64,000 nt of DNA from Azolla caroliniana (GCA_043228905.1 JBHGNT010000008.1:9238001-9302000); one strand, 5' to 3'. Shown: positions 13,601 through 28,100, counted from the stretch's first letter. Notes: generated from the sequence alone by a model not told the origin. Numbers and translations are program-made.

Positions 13601-16600
13601 TCGGGTCTAGAAGGGGACAATTGGTTGATAGCTTGTTTTGTCAATGGCATCCCCAATTTGGGCTATCACTGGATAGTGCACGATAAGGATCCAAAATCCT
13701 TCGAAGAGGCTGTTGAAATAGTTCTTCGCTATCAACGCACTTCGAAGAAGGACCACAACAAACCCAACGAAGCGCTCGGGACTAAGCAGTCGCAATTTGT
13801 TGGGAAATGCAAGACACCCAACGAATTCCTGGATCACGATTGTAAGCAACAACATCCTTTTTGCGTATTCTGCAAAAAGAAGGGTCACACAAAAGAGCAA
13901 TGTCGAAAGCTCCAACGGAAAGAGCACGACAGCAAGCCTAAAGCTTCAGACCATAAAGGTCAGATTCCTAATGTCCTTCAGGTCTATACACATCATTTAA
14001 GTAATTGTCAATGTTCTTTCCCTCACTATGTATTGGGTCCCAATGATTTACTACGTGCAAACGGGTATATCAATGGATCTCCGGTACAATTTTTATTTGA
14101 TTCGGGAAGCTCACACAATTTTGTGAATGATCGTTTGGTTCAGATATGGAGAATCCAACCCACCGTAAGTGATCACACCTACACGGTGCACTTGGCTAAT
14201 GGAAGAGTACAATACATCAACAGGGCGATTCATTCATTAGGAATTTCTATTGATACTTATATAGAGGAAGTAGACTTCCATGTAATGAATCTTTGTACCA
14301 CCGATGTAATACTAGGTTATCCCTGGTTTTATAATAAAAACTCTTCTTTATTTATTGATTGGGTTCGCCATTCCATTTCTTTTGTATTGAACGATTGTAC
14401 GCATTTTATTCAATGTATCAAAAAACAATCCCTCTCGATTGTTTCCTCGTGTTCATCAAAATCCGAGTTGTCTTGTTCTACGTTATTTTATTGTGTACTT
14501 GATCCGGACATTCACGTTTACAATATCGATAATGTCCCGGTTCAATTAACATATTTTGAACAACAACAACTTGATGAAATCTTAAATGATTTTCATGATG
14601 TTTTTCCAAGTGAACTACCTGATGGGTTACCTCCTAAACGTAATATAGACCATCGTATAGATATTGTACCTGGTGTTGCACCAATAAGTATACCTCCGTA
14701 TTGCTTAAGTCGATCCGAAGAAGATGAGGTGTCTAAGAAACTCAAGGACTATTTACGAATGGGTTATATACGTTATAGTAAATCTCCATGGGGTGCACCA
14801 GTTCTCTTGGTAAAAAAGAAAGAGGGCACATGGCGTATGTGTATTAATTACCGACGCTTGAATAAAGTGATGATCAAGAATTCGTACCCATTGCCCTGGG
14901 CTGACAATCTAATTGACCATCTCCAGGGAGCTCGGTATTTTACGAAACTTGATCTCCGTACTGGCTACCATCAAATATGAATAAGTGAGGACGATGTTCC
15001 TATAACGTCATTTCGTACGTGCTATGGCCATTACGAGTTTTTGGTTATGCCTTTTGGTTTGACCAATGCTCTAGCTACTTTTCAACAAGAAATGAATGAC
15101 ATTTTCCGAGAACAACTTGGAAAATTTGTCGTTATTTTCTTGGATGATATTTTAGTTTATAGCCATACATTAAAAGAACATGCTAGACATTTCTGCTTTG
15201 TTTTACAAACATTGTGTGACAAACAGTTTTATGCGAAGATCTCAAAATGTGAGTTCTTCAAGAAATCAATTACTTATCTAAGACATCTCATAACCGAACG
15301 AGGAGTTGAAATTGATCCTTCTCGAATTGAGAAAATCAAGCTTTGGCCCACTCTTCGGAATATTCGAGAAGTTCGATCATTCCTTTGTTTTGTCGGGGTT
15401 TTGTGAAAGTCTCTTCGTAATTACTCCCAATTGACGACGCCGTTTACTGATCTTTTAAAAGGTCAAACACGTAAGTCTACAAAACCTATTGTGTGGAATG
15501 CTACACTAGACCTCGCCTTTAAGGAACTCAAGGACTTGGTTTGCAAGGCTCCTTCATTTCTTTTATCTGATCCTTCAAAACCTTTTGAGGTTGAAACTGA
15601 TGCAAGCGATTATGCTATAGGTGCTGTCTTGTATCAAGATGGTAAACCAATAGCATTCGAGAGTAAGAAACTTGATTCTGCTCAATGTCGGTATACCGTT
15701 CAAGAAAAGGAATTATTTGCAGTTATACATGTGCTCAAAACATGGCACCATTATCTTTATGGAAATCGCTTTGTGGTAACTACGGACCACGAGTCCTTGA
15801 AATATTTTTGTGACCAACAAGACCTGAAAGGTCGTAAGGCACGATGGGCTGATTTGATCCAGGGCTTTGATTTTTCCATACGATATCGTAAAGGTTCCAT
15901 GAACACTGTCGCTGATGCACTAAGTCGCATCCGTGAAGTTAACATGCTTAGCTTCATTGAAATAACATCATATCTTTATGATCACCTTCGAGGAAAGTAT
16001 CCTGATGACAATTATTTTGCAAAATACTGGGCAAGAGTTGAGTCTAGAGCAGACACCACCACATCCTCGAAGGAATACTTCCACATTGCCAACGGTTTGC
16101 TCTATCGTAATGGGAAGGTTTGTGTTCTAGATTTACCCGAGGTCAAAAAGAGGATTCTTTTTGAATGCCATGATGCACCCTCAACAGGGCACCCTGGAAT
16201 ACATCGTACACTCGCTCTCATCTCCACTCAATTTTATTGGCCTAAGATGCGTCCTGACATACATAACTATGTGACTAAATGTCACCAGTGTCAGGTTAAC
16301 AAAGCTGAGCGACTTAAAGCCGCATGACTTTTACATCCCTTGGACATTCCCAATAATAAGTGGGAAAGTATATCCATGGATTTTATTGTTAGCCTTCCTC
16401 GCACCCAAAAAGGTCATGATGCCATATGGGTTGTCGTTGATCGACTAACTAAAATGGCCAGATTTATTGCTACTAAAACCACGATAACAGCTCCTGAATT
16501 GTCTTACCAATTCGTTGACGAATTATTTCGTTTTTATGGGTTACCGATGGATATCGTGAGTGATCGAGATCCAAAGTTTACTAGTGACTTCTGGACGCAA

Positions 16601-16674
16601 GTCCTTAAGAAGTTAGAAACTACGTTGAGCATGAGCTCCACGGATCATCCTCAATCTGATGGACAGACAAAACG
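10612..16674 (+). mobile_element. Ty3/gypsy LTR retrotransposon A, 3'-truncated within integrase
   Basis: Putative 5' LTR 10612-11066 (TGTTA...TAATA, TATA box near 10790); iMet-type PBS tggtattagagc 11069-11080; ~1.9-kb leader; gag-PR-RT-RH-IN order; no 3' LTR in the window. Confidence 0.85.
13025..16674 (+). pseudogene. gag-pol of gypsy A (degenerate)
   Basis: Zn knuckle [14 protein letters not shown]; protease LFDSGSS; RT VMPFGLTNA/FLDDILVYS; RNase H ETDASDYAIG; integrase HDAPSTGHPG...CHQC and SDRDPKF. In-frame stops at 14978, 15404 and 16325. Confidence 0.9.
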
Positions 16675-17895
16675 AAGTCCATCAGATTGATGATCTAGTA
16701 ATAAAAAACTTTCCATGTTTCCTCTCTCATACTCTCTTATTTTAAGCTTTGCTGATGTGTAAGGATAACTTTTATTACTCTCTTACTCTCTTACTCTAAG
16801 CTTTTCTTACCTATTAGCATAATTAAGTATTATTAGATATTCCATACTCTCTTACTCGAAGATTTGTTTATGCATAAATATAATTAAGTATTAATCAATC
16901 TCTCATACTATCTTACTCTTATTCGAGGGAAAGATCTCATCTTAAAACTTAAAGTGCATAAATCATTTAGCCCTAAATCCTTTCGGTTCAAAACCCTAGT
17001 GGTTTCGCCTCACGATCCGCACTTACTGGCGGAATCAAGATCTTAAAGAGAAGAGAGACCACAAATCTTGAAATTGAAGCTCTAGATGATATAGCCTTCA
17101 CCATTGAGGTTGAAGAATAATAATCAATATCAGCTAACAATCATTGGCACATACCGAAGGATGTGCAAATTTGGTGGGGGTGGATGTCGCGATGTTTTCA
17201 ACACATAGTGTGAAACCACCATGAAAAGAGAATAAAGTAGTAGTTCAGAAAAACTAATATTGCGAAGTCAACTTTTGTAATAAATGATAAAAGGATAGAA
17301 AAATAGGAGCGGTTTTTTAAAAGTAGAAAAAAATAAAAAAATAACGCAAAGGCATGGAATTGAGGAGCAAGGTAAAGAAAAAAACTCATAATTTGCTCGT
17401 CTGATGTCCAAATTAGACAAGAAAAGATTTATAAGAAAGGTAACACAAACAACTTTCCAGAAATATCTTATGTGTCGAATTTGGGCTTACAAAAAAAAAT
17501 AGTGATGGAAATAAAACTTGACTCATATAGATAAGCATTGTTTTAGGGGGAAAAAAACCAAGCCATAGAAACCCTATAAATAAGAGCTATTCTTAAGAAA
17601 AAGGGGATATAGGAAAACAAATCATGTAACAAAATAATTCAATTAGATTGATGATCTAGTAATTAAAAAAAAGCTTCCATGTTTCCTCTCTCATACTCTC
17701 TTATTTTAAACTTTGCTTATGTGTAAGGATAATTAAGGGTCATTCATACTCTCTTACTCTAAGCTTTTCTTACTTATTAGCATAATTAAGTATTATTAGA
17801 TCTTCCATACTCTTTTACTGGAAGATTTTTTTATGCATAAATATAATTAAGTATTAATCAATCTCTCATACTATCTTACTCTTATTCGAGGGAAA
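16675..17895 (+). mobile_element. Partial copy of a non-coding LTR mini-element (LTR end, PBS-like site, ~160-bp internal region, PPT, LTR start at 17185)
   Basis: ...gatccgca cttac tggcggaatc (PBS-like, ~17027); PPT ggtgggggtgga followed by TGTCGC at 17185; 16680-16930 is repeated at ~17645-17895. Confidence 0.6.
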
Positions 17896-18158
17896 TGTGA
17901 CCTCAAACAATCACATCGAAACATATTTAGTAATATGTCTGGCCGGGTACCTCCCAGATTCATCCGATCTGGTTCTTGGATACCTTCTGGATCCATCCAG
18001 TCCGCTTCCTTCGTTCGACTCATCCGATCCGGCTTGTCCGGTTCTCATCCGGAGGGACCGGTTGACCAACAAACTCCCCCTTCACTCCGACATGGGATGT
18101 CTCGTCAAACAGATCCGTCTCCACCATGTGTCCAGCTTGTTGGTTGACAGTACCTTGG
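17896..18158 (-). mobile_element. Fragment of a Tnt1-like copia 3' end (RNase H C-terminus, PPT, start of LTR)
   Basis: Minus strand encodes KVLSTNKLDTWWRRICLTRHPMSE*, then gaagggggagtt-TGTTGG, the same layout as 24240-24300. Confidence 0.75.
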
Positions 18159-18599
18159 TTTTGAGCGGACAAGCTCAACCAGATCCTGATCGGCTGAATA
18201 AGACACAACCGGATCAGTATCTAGAATGTAGAATTGGATAGGTATCCGGTTCGGTATCTTGAGCCAAGAGCCGGATCGGATATGAACCGGTAGGCCATTT
18301 GAGGCCTACGAATCTAGCCTAGTACGTAGGCATATTTCTGGGAGTAAGTGTTAGTCGCTCGTATGAGCATTGAAGTACACGTCAGTACTTTTGTCAGTCC
18401 GTGTAAGGACTTGTATAAAAGTGCTCACTGACCACATTGTATGTACAGAGTGTTATTATTTTAAATTAAGTTTCTACTGTTCTGCTCTCTCTGTCTCTCC
18501 TATGTAAGGTTTCCATTAAACCAGTGTCTATATTGCTTAGCTATCCGGACGAGCCGGTTTTGTCTTAACTTCTGTAATCGTATTCTTTTACATGGTATC
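18159..18599 (+). mobile_element. Copia LTR plus start of iMet PBS (duplicate of 60408-60848)
   Basis: Ends ttttaCA at 18592 followed by tggtatc; related to LTRs at 33578 and 62855-62938. Confidence 0.75.
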
Positions 18600-18657
18600 C
18601 GTAAAGAATCAAGAGATGGATTCTTGTGAAGCGGAAGAGATGTGAGTTATGTGTGTG

Positions 18658-18661
<4 letters not shown>

Positions 18662-18727
<66 letters not shown>
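18662..18727. repeat. (GA)n microsatellite within an LTR
   Basis: About 33 GA units. Confidence 0.95.
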
Positions 18728-18731
<4 letters not shown>

Positions 18732-19534
18732 AACCAGAGAATACGCAAGGTAAAAGTATATTGACAAAGGAGAAAGACTCAACATTATACAAGGTGGGAG
18801 GAGGGTGCTTTATGTAGTCACCCTCTCTCTTCATTAACTACAAGCCTCATGGAGCATGGGGAATGTGAAAGCTCATAAGTTATGTGTCATAGAATATGAT
18901 TCTATGACTCATACTAAATGCTAGAATACAAAGTGGTGACATAATGGTGACTCTTGACCGTTGGAGTGTCTCTTCACTCTCAAGGTGAGTTCACACACTA
19001 GACAAAGTTGAGCTTGATTCTCAACACGCCCCCTCAAGCTCAAGTCAGGTCGGTTTTAAACGGTATCTGAAATCCGCTTCAACTCGTGTTCTGGAGTCTG
19101 CGTCGGCTCGCGTCGGCTCGCTTTATGCGGAGTTGCGGAATTCGTGCTCTAGCTTGTGTTGTGCGAAGTCTGTACTTTGACTTGCGTCTTTCTTCGCGGC
19201 TTTGCACGGTAGATCGGCTCTTCGCTGCTTCGTTGCGTGGTTGCGGAATCCACGCGTTATTGCGTAGTGTCTTCAGTACTCCCCCTCAAGTTTGGCAGGT
19301 CAAGGATCGTCAATCCGAGATCGGTCATGAATTGCCACAGCTTGTCGGCTCCTAAGGCTTTAGTGAAGATGTCGGCCGTTTGAAAATTGGTGCTAATGTG
19401 TTGTAGGTCGACATTGCCAGCCAGGACATGCTCTCGGATGAAGTGATAGTGCACTTCGATGTGCTTTGTCCGCGCGTGGAACACCGGGTTCCTGTTAGGA
19501 AATAGGTCCCTCCGGATGGGAAATGAGAAGAACA

Positions 19535-19820
19535 GACCTAGTGAGAACCGGATGACGAGTACTCGGCTACGGAGAGCCGGATGGTGCAGACCCGGTGAGA
19601 ACCGGATGACGAGTACCCGGCTACGGAGAGACGGATGGTGCAGACCCGGTGAGAACCGGATGACGAGTACCCAGCTACGGAGAGCCGGATGGTGCAGACC
19701 CGGTGAGAACCAGATGACGAGTACCCGGCTACGGAGAGCCGAATGGTGCAGACCCGGTGAGAACCGGGTGACGAGTACCCGGCAAGTGCCGGATGACGCA
19801 GGCCCGGTGAGAACTGAATG
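19535..19820 (+). repeat. 54-bp tandem repeat in the copia A 5' LTR (one unit fewer in the 3' LTR, 24340-24570)
   Basis: Unit starts at 19535, 19589, 19643, 19697, 19751 versus 24340, 24394, 24448, 24502. Confidence 0.9.
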
Positions 19821-20298
19821 AAGAGACATATTTGTAAATATGTTTCTGAGAGTCCATCGTGGCTATATTTGTAAATAGCCGAAAAGTCATATTAGTATAA
19901 ATATGACTTAGGGCAAACTTATGATGTGAGTTGTTGTCATTCTTGTTGGCGCAAGATTAGAGCACGCAACTGTGTATAGAGAGAGTGAGAGAGAGGAAGA
20001 GGTCGTTGCCTCTGATTGTAACCGCCGCCTGTGGTGAAGATAGCAAGCTCGAGGTCGTGGCCTCGGTGCTTTCTTATTGTACATTCTGACATAGTGATAG
20101 TTTGCGGTCTGTGGGCTGCCGTGGTTTTTCCTGAGTTTGGGTTTTCCATGTAAACATTTTGTGTACTCTTCTCACTATCATGTTGTGTTCCATTCCCTGT
20201 TTTCTGTATTTTATTCTAGGCTCGGTTGTGGCCGAGCGTTCTTCAAAGGGAGTGTGTAGTTCCTATCAAAGTGGTATCAGAGCGAAACGACACAGAAA

Positions 20299-23200
20299 AT
20301 GGACGACTCGTTGGGAGGCATGTTCAAGCTCACCGGATCCAACTATTCAGTTTGGAAGTCGAAGATGAGGGACATGCTCGTGGTTAAAGATCTTTGGTTG
20401 CCGGTTCAGTTTGGGGACAAGAGACCGGACAAAATCGACGCCACGATATGGGAGGTGATGCCTATACAACAACTTCAATGAAGAGAAAGGCTCATGAGCT
20501 CTGGGAGAAAATCGACATTATGTTTCAAAACAAAAATGCTGTTAACCAGGTTTCGGTATTCTGGAAGCTAGTAAGACTCCAGTACCAAGATGGCTCAAGC
20601 ATGGTGGAGCACATGAATGCTTTCCAAGGGCTGATACACTAGGCAACATCATTGGAAGTACCTCTCGCCGATGAGGTACTAGCGCTACTCCTGCTCGGTT
20701 CCCTCCCGGATAGTTGGGAGACGTTGGTTGTCACTTTGGGCAACGCCGGGCCGGAAGGGAAACGGTTATCCCTAGCAAGAGTGAAGTCGAGCTTGCTAGA
20801 CGAGGAGGCGCGTCGGAAAGATAAGGATACGAGCTCCGACTCCAAAGCGCTCCTTACCGAATCGGAACGCGGAAGACAAAGGAACCGTAGCCCCCAGAAT
20901 CGGGAAAAGTCAGGAACACGGTCAAAGTCAAGGGGGAGGCCTATGTGCTTCTATTGTGGCAAGCCGGGACACTTCCAGAAGAATTGTCGGCATTTCCGTA
21001 AAGACAAGGAAACCGACGGCACCGATTCGAAGCAGACACTGGACCGGATCGGTAAAGACCGCAGCTGAAGGGAACGACGGCAATCGCGGCAAGTGAAGAA
21101 GAGTTGATGCTCATCACCGAGGTGAGTGAGATAAACCTTGCCGGCGAGGAGATGACCTAGGTGGTCGACTCCGGAGCGTCGTTCCACCTTACCCCAGACC
21201 GGAAGTGCTTCTCATCCTACTCAGCCGGTGATCACGGATGTGTCCGGATGGGGAATGAAGGTACATGCCGAATTGTCGGCATAGGAGACGTGTGGCTGAC
21301 AACACCAACCGGATGCAAGCTGCTGCTGAAGGATGTCTGACACGTTCCGGAGGTTTGTCTGAACCTGATATCAACCGGTTGGCTAGGTGATGAAGGCTAC
21401 ACGAGTAGCATCCGGAACGGTGTTATGAAGTTTAGCAAAGGGAGCCTAATTGTGGCTCAGGCCTGGAAGGTCAACACGCTGTACCTGATGAATGCCCAGT
21501 TATGCCCGGAAGAAGTGAACGTGGCTTCCGACTGCCGGTGAGCTGTGGCACAAGAGACTGTGCCACATGAGCGAGAAGGGGATGAAGAGGCTTGCAGACG
21601 ACAACCTCATTCTAGTGAAGAACGTGCACTTGGAGAAGTGCACTGATTGTCTGGCCGGTAAACAAAACTGGACCTCCTTCAGATCGAGGCCACCGAGGAG
21701 ACGTAATGCACCACTGGAGTTGGTGCATATTGATGTATGTCAAGTGGATATGAAGTCACATGTTGGATCGCAGTACTTCGTGACGTTCATGGATGACCAC
21801 AGCCGGAAGCTGTGGGCCACACCGTTGAAGACGAAGGATCAGGTGTTATCCGTCTTCAAAGAGCTCCATGCGAGAGTGCAAAGAGAAACCGGCCAGAAGC
21901 TGAAGGCGGTTCGAGTAGATAACGAACGTGAATACCGGGGGTAGTTCGAGGAGTACTGTCGCTCGAAGGGAACCTGGGTCGAATTTACCGTGCCGAGGAC
22001 GCCGGAACTAAACGGGCTGGCCGAGAGGATGAACCGGACCATAATGGAGAGGGTTCGGAGTATGCTGGCGCATGCAAAACTACCCAAGAAGTTTTGGGCT
22101 GAGGCACTGTCGACGACGACATATGTGATAAACAGATCACCCTCAGTACCCTTGGACGGAGACACGCCAGAGAGAGTCTGGACCGGTAAGGAAGTGTCCT
22201 ACCGACATCTGAAGGTATTCGGGTGTCTCGCGTACGTGCATGTAGCTAAGGACCGGAGAGGAAAGTTAGATCCAAAGACCCGGCCATGCATATTCCTCGG
22301 TTACGGCGACGATGAGTTCGGCTACCGAGTGTGGGACCTGGGCGAGAAGAAGGTATTCCGGAGTCGAGATATTATCTTCATGGAGGACAAGACGCTCGCC
22401 GACTGGGAGTCGGAGAAGAAGATAATGATCTCCGAGTCGACCGGTAAGGATCGATTCTATGATGAACAGACCCAACCGGCAAGAGACCGGTTAGCACTCG
22501 AGGAACCAGCCGGTTACGGTGAGGATACCGAACTGGCAGAAGAAGAAGTAGAGGAAGCCGAAACCGGAACCGGCCAAGACCCCGAACGCGATTCGGATGA
22601 AGAGCAAATGGAGGAGGTGGTTACCGAAGCCCAAAGACGGAGATATCCTCTTAGAGAGAGAAGGCCCCTCTGGAGATTTCCGGATGCAGAGCATGTGCTG
22701 CTAACCGATGAGGGGGAGCCAGAAAGCTTCGTAGAGGCGAAGGATGACGCCCACAGCCGCAAATGGTTAAGTGCCATGCAGGATGAGATGGATTCCCTGC
22801 ATGAGAACCATACGTATGAATTGGTGGAGTTGTCGAAAGGAAAGCGGGCACTCCGAAATAAGTGGGTGTAGAAGTTGAAATCGGGAGATGCCGGCAACCC
22901 CCCAAGATACAAAGCCAGGATCGTGGTGAAGGGGTTCTAGCAGAAGAAGGGCGTGGACTTCGACGAGATATTTGCCCTAGTAGTAAAGATGACCTCGATC
23001 CAGACGGTGCTGAGTATAGTGGCAAGCATGGACCTCGAGGTAGAGCAGCTGGACGTGAAGACGACATTCCTTCATGGCGACCTCGAAGAGGAGATCTACC
23101 TGCACCAACCGGAAGGATTCGTGGAGAAAGGGAAGGAGCACCTGGTTTTCCGGTTGAAGAAAAGCCTCTACGGGTTGAAGTAGGCCCCCCGGCAATGGTA

Positions 23201-24287
23201 CTGGAAGTTCGACTTCTTCATGACCGATCAAGGATACCACAAGATGCAGGCAGATCACTGCGTGTTTGTGAAGAAGTTCGAAGGAGGCGACTTCCTGATA
23301 CTCCTTCTGTACGTGGACGTCATGTTGATCGTCGGACGGGACCAAGTCAAAATATGGATGCTGAAGAAGGCTCTCAACCGGACCTTCTCAATGAAAGACG
23401 TGGGTCCATCAAGACAGATGCTGGGGATGCATATTATCCGGAACCGGTCAGTGAAGCAATTGTGGCTGTCACAGGAGAAGTACTTGACAAAGGTACTTCA
23501 CCGGTTCAACATGATAGATGCGAAACCGATCGGATCGACACTCCCGGCAAACTGCAGATTATCCGGTAAGCAAAGCCCGAAGACGAAAGTAGAGAAGGCT
23601 GATATGATGAAGGTTCCATATGCCTTTGCTGTCGGGAGCTTGATGTAGACAATGGTGTGTACCCGACCGGATATAGGCTACGCAGTCGGAGTGGTGAGCC
23701 GGTTTATGAGCAATCCCGGCAAGGAGCACTGGAACGCGGTCAAATGGATACTCTGGTACTTGAAGGGCACTTTGAATATGTGTCTCTGATTCGGCTCCGG
23801 AAAACCTCAACTTGATTGTTTTACCGATTCGGACATGTCGGCTGATGTGGATACCAGTTGGTCTACATCCGGGTATGTAATGACATATGCAGGGGGAGCT
23901 GTTTCGTGGTAGTCGAGGCTGCAGAAGATGGTTGCGTTGTCAACCACAGAGGCGGAGTACATGGCGACTGTGGAAGCCGGCAAGGAAATATTATGGATGA
24001 AGGACTTCATCGGAGAGCTCGATATCCGGCAAGATGAATACCGGTTCTATTGCGACAGTCAAAGTGCCATCCACCTTGCTAAGAATGCGGCCTACCATTC
24101 CCGGATGAAGCATATCCAGCGAAGGTATCACTGGATCCGGGAAAGAGTAGTTGACCAGGAGTTCGCGCTGACGAAGATCCACACGGCCGAGAACGAGTCA
24201 GATATGCTGACCAAAGTACTGATACCCGACAAGTTGGATGCATGCCGGAAGCGGGTCGGACTAGTAAGACATCCCATGCCGGAGTGA
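20299..24287 (+). pseudogene. Copia A gag-pol polyprotein (stops and frameshifts)
   Basis: CFYCGKPGHFQKNC, VVDSGAS, integrase [31 protein letters not shown], RNase H ALSTTEAEY...CDSQSAIHL. Confidence 0.9.
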
Positions 24288-25132
24288 AGGGGGAGTTTGT
24301 TAGGAAATAGGTCCCTCCGGATGGGAAGTGAGAAGAACAGACCCGGTGAGATCCGGATGACGAGTACCCGACTACGGAGAGCTGGATGGTGCAGACCCGG
24401 TGAGAACTGAATGATGAGTACCCGGCTACAGAGAGACGGATGGTGCAGACCCGGTGAGAACCGGATGACGAGTACCCGGCTACGGAGAGCCGGATGGTGC
24501 AGACCCGGTGAGAACCGGATGACGTGTACTTGGCAAGTGCCGGATGACGCAGGCCCGGTGAGAACCGGATGAAGAGACATATTTGTAAATATGTTTTTGA
24601 GAGTCCATCGTGGCTATATTCGTAAATAGCCAAAAAGTCATATTAGTATAAATATGACTTAGGGCAAACTTATGATGTGAGTTGTTGTCATTCTTGTTGG
24701 TGCAAGATTAGAGCATGCAACTATGTATAGAGAGAGTGAGGAGAGGAAGAGGTCGTTGCCTTTGATTGTAACCGCCACCTGTGGTGAAGATAGCAAGCTC
24801 GAGGTCGTGGCCTCGGTGCTTTCTTATTGTACATTCTGACATAGTGATAGTTTGCGGTCTGTGGGCTGCCGTGGTTTTTCCCGAGTTTGGGTTTTCCATG
24901 TAAACATCCTGTGTACTCTTCTCACTATCGTGTTGTGTTCAATTCCCTGTTTTCTGTGTTTTATTCTAGGCTCGGTTGTGGCCGAGCGTTGTTCAAAGGG
25001 AGCGTGTAGTTCCTATCAGTTCTGAGCCAGATAGATACTGCTCATGTTGTCGCAGTAAAGGGAAGTCGAATCCTTGATGGGTATGCTCAGATCCTTCAAA
25101 ATCCTCTTGAGCCATACGACTTCACACGCAAC

Positions 25133-28100
25133 TGTTAGGAATAGTACTAAAACAGAGATGGAATTAGTACTAAGAAGAGTAGTACTATTAGTACTAAGAG
25201 GACGGGACTGCGTAATATTCCTGAGAGAGAGGAAGTGAGAAGAGGAGAGAGAGAGATAAGATGATGACAACAGCTCTTATATTATATGAAAGATAAGTAC
25301 AAATCGGCTAAGAGGCTTAACATTGGTGTTGAACCAATTTGGTTGAACATAATGCCTAGTGCCCTCTTTTATAGTGTTCTCAGGAATAATCCTGAAGCTT
25401 CAGTAATACAGAAGGGACCGAGTCGTCGATAATCCAACTTGTCGCATGGTCGAGTAGTCTTGATGTGACGACGTAAGAGCCATACTCGATCTCCGATGGC
25501 AAAAGAGGAGGGAATCCGATGACGATCCGCATAAGTCTTCTGTGTGTGTTGAGCATGACGAAGGTGAGTAGAGAGATCCATCTGGATCTTGCGTAGCCTT
25601 TCCAAATGATCCTCGGCACGAGGGTTGGTAGGTAGCTCCGGAGTGTCGATCACCGACCAGCGAGGATGGAAACCGGTAGAAGAGAAAAATGGGGAGATCG
25701 AGTCGAGGAGTGAATAGCATTATTATATGCAAACTCCGCAAAGTGGAGAATCTCGGCCCAATCGTCTTGTTTATAACTCAGGAAACACCGGAGATATTGC
25801 TCCAACGTTTGGTTTGTTCGTTCCGCCTGCCCGTCGGTCTGAGGATGGTAGCCGGAGGAGAGGATGCAGGAGACGTTGAGCATCTTGAAGAGATGTTGCC
25901 AAAATTTGGAGACAAATTGCGGGCCTCGGTCACTGATAATACTGTCTGGGAGGCCATGATGCCGAAATACCTCACGCATAACAAGAGCGGCGGTTTCCTC
26001 GCTAGTGATGGCTTTAGTACATGGCACAAAATGTGCCATCTTCGTATATCGATCGACGACGGTTAGGATAGCATCAAACCCCTTCGAGACCGGCAGATCT
26101 GTGATAAAATCAAGACAAATAGACTGCCACGGCTTACTTGGAATTGGTAAGGGTTCCAACAAGCCATATGGATGGTGTCGTGGCATCTTTGCTCGGCAGC
26201 AAGCATCACAGGTCCGAACGTAGTCGTCGACAAAACGGCGAATGTGGAGCCACCAAAAAGATTGCTGCACTAGCTCCAACGTCTTAGTACTACCGAAACG
26301 TCCCGCCGTATGAGTGTCGTGACAATGTTGGACGATTTGAAGGCGACAGGAGCAATCGGGGACATATACGCGCTTTTTAAAGAATAACAAACCATCATGA
26401 TATTCGAATTGTCGGTAGTCAATACCTGGTTGTTGAGACTGAGAACAGGATGCCCGAGAAGTATCAATGTGCGCCAGGATGTCTTGAGCAAAACTATCCG
26501 TCTTCAAGGTTGCACGTATGTCATCGGTAATCCATGAATCCATCGGGGTGTGAAAAATCCGCGTCGTGTGCAATCGTGTTGGTTCCAAGATTACTTGCTT
26601 TTGATTATCAAATGTCGCGCCACCAGGACGAGGTGCAAGATATGAACACCGTGATAGTGCATCTGCTTTTCCTTGCTGCTTCCTCGGTCGATATGTGATT
26701 TTGAAGTCGAAACGCGTGAGGAATTGCGCCCACCGAGCTTGCTGTCGATTTAGTACGCGAGCGTTCTGAAAATAAGCAAGATTTTTATGATCGCTAAAGA
26801 CAATGACTTGATGTGGAGAGCCCTCTTAGAAATGCCGCCATTGTACAAATGAATCCACGATGGCTAATAACTCCTTGTCATGTATTTCGTAGTTGATTTC
26901 TGCGACATCGAATTTGCGCGAATGGAAAGCCACCGGATGCAACTCTTCTTTATCGGCTTGTTGAGAAAGGATGCTACCGAGGGCGAAATCTGATGCGTCG
27001 GCCTCCATGATGAATGGTTTGCTTGTATCCACATGAGCTAGAATCGGTGCTGATGTAAAGGCTTTCTTAAGATGCCGAAAAGCCATATCTACTTCAATGG
27101 ACCAAAGAAATGCTTGGCCCTTCTTTGTAAGTTGTGTGAGAGGTAAAATAATCTTCGAGTAATCCTGTATAAACTTACGGTAGAAGTTAGCAAAACCTAG
27201 AAAACATTGTACATCTTGTACCGACCGTGGAATTTGCCACTCTAGTACAATTTGGATTTTAGTTGGATCCATGGCGATGCCCTTTGAGGAGATGACGTAG
27301 CCTAGAAATTCCACTTGCTTGCAGTCAAAGCTACATTTTTCTAGCTTGGCATAAAGACCATTCTCGCGGAGTCGCTTTAGTACTAATAGTACATGAGAAT
27401 CGTGCTCTTCCTGGGTCTTCGAATAAATCAATAGATCATCCAGATAAATGATCAAAGAGATATCCAAGAGGTCTCTGAATATATCATTTGCCATGTGTTG
27501 GAAGACTGCGGGTGCATTGGTTAGGCCAAACGGCATAACAGTATACTCGAAATGCCCATACCTCGTGCGAAAGGCGGTCTTCCACTCATCTCCCGGTCGG
27601 ATCCGCACGAGATTATGCACTCCTCATAGGTCGATTTTAGTGAAAAACTTGGCACCATTAACTCGCTCTAAAAGACATGATATAAGAGGAAGTGCATACC
27701 TATTCCGGATGGTGACTTTATTCAATCCGCGGTAATCAACGACAAGACGAAGTGAGCCATCTTTCTTCTTGACAAAGAAGATGGGTGCACCGGCCGGAGA
27801 TTTCGAATGGCGGATGAACCCGCTTGCCAAGTTCTCCTCTATGTAGGCTCGAAGGACTTCTAACTCGGTGGGTGACAAGTTGTAAATTGGTCCCCATGGT
27901 GGCTCGGTTCCTGGTTGTAAATCGATGGGACAGTCATAGGGACGGTGATGAGGAAGGGTACCGGGTTTTACCTTGTCAAATACATCGGCATAAGGATGAT
28001 ATTTTGCTGGAAGTTGTACTGAGGAGTCCTTCTTAATAGTGCTGGAAGGATGTACTGATATTGCAAATAGGAACATTGCCTCCTTGGGTCCTTCTTCGCG

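Larger units (their letters stand above)
16675..18599 (+). repeat. Left arm of a ~1.9-kb inverted duplication (partner 60408-62342)
   Basis: aagtccatcagattgatgatctag...ttttacatggtatc is the reverse complement of 60408-62342 along its length, including identical internal junctions. Confidence 0.92.
19493..25018 (+). mobile_element. Full-length Tnt1-like Ty1/copia element A (degenerate coding)
   Basis: LTRs 19493-20268 and 24298-25018 (TG...CA); PBS tggtatcagagc 20272-20283; PPT gaagggggag before 24298; TSD gttcc/gttct; gag-PR-IN-RT-RH domain order. Confidence 0.95.

Noticed and set aside
19257-19829. 190-aa ORF with FSPGLHHPALRSRVLVIR repeats fused to RNase H
   Set aside because: Chance read-through from the antisense 54-bp LTR repeat of copia A into the host copia RNase H at the insertion junction.
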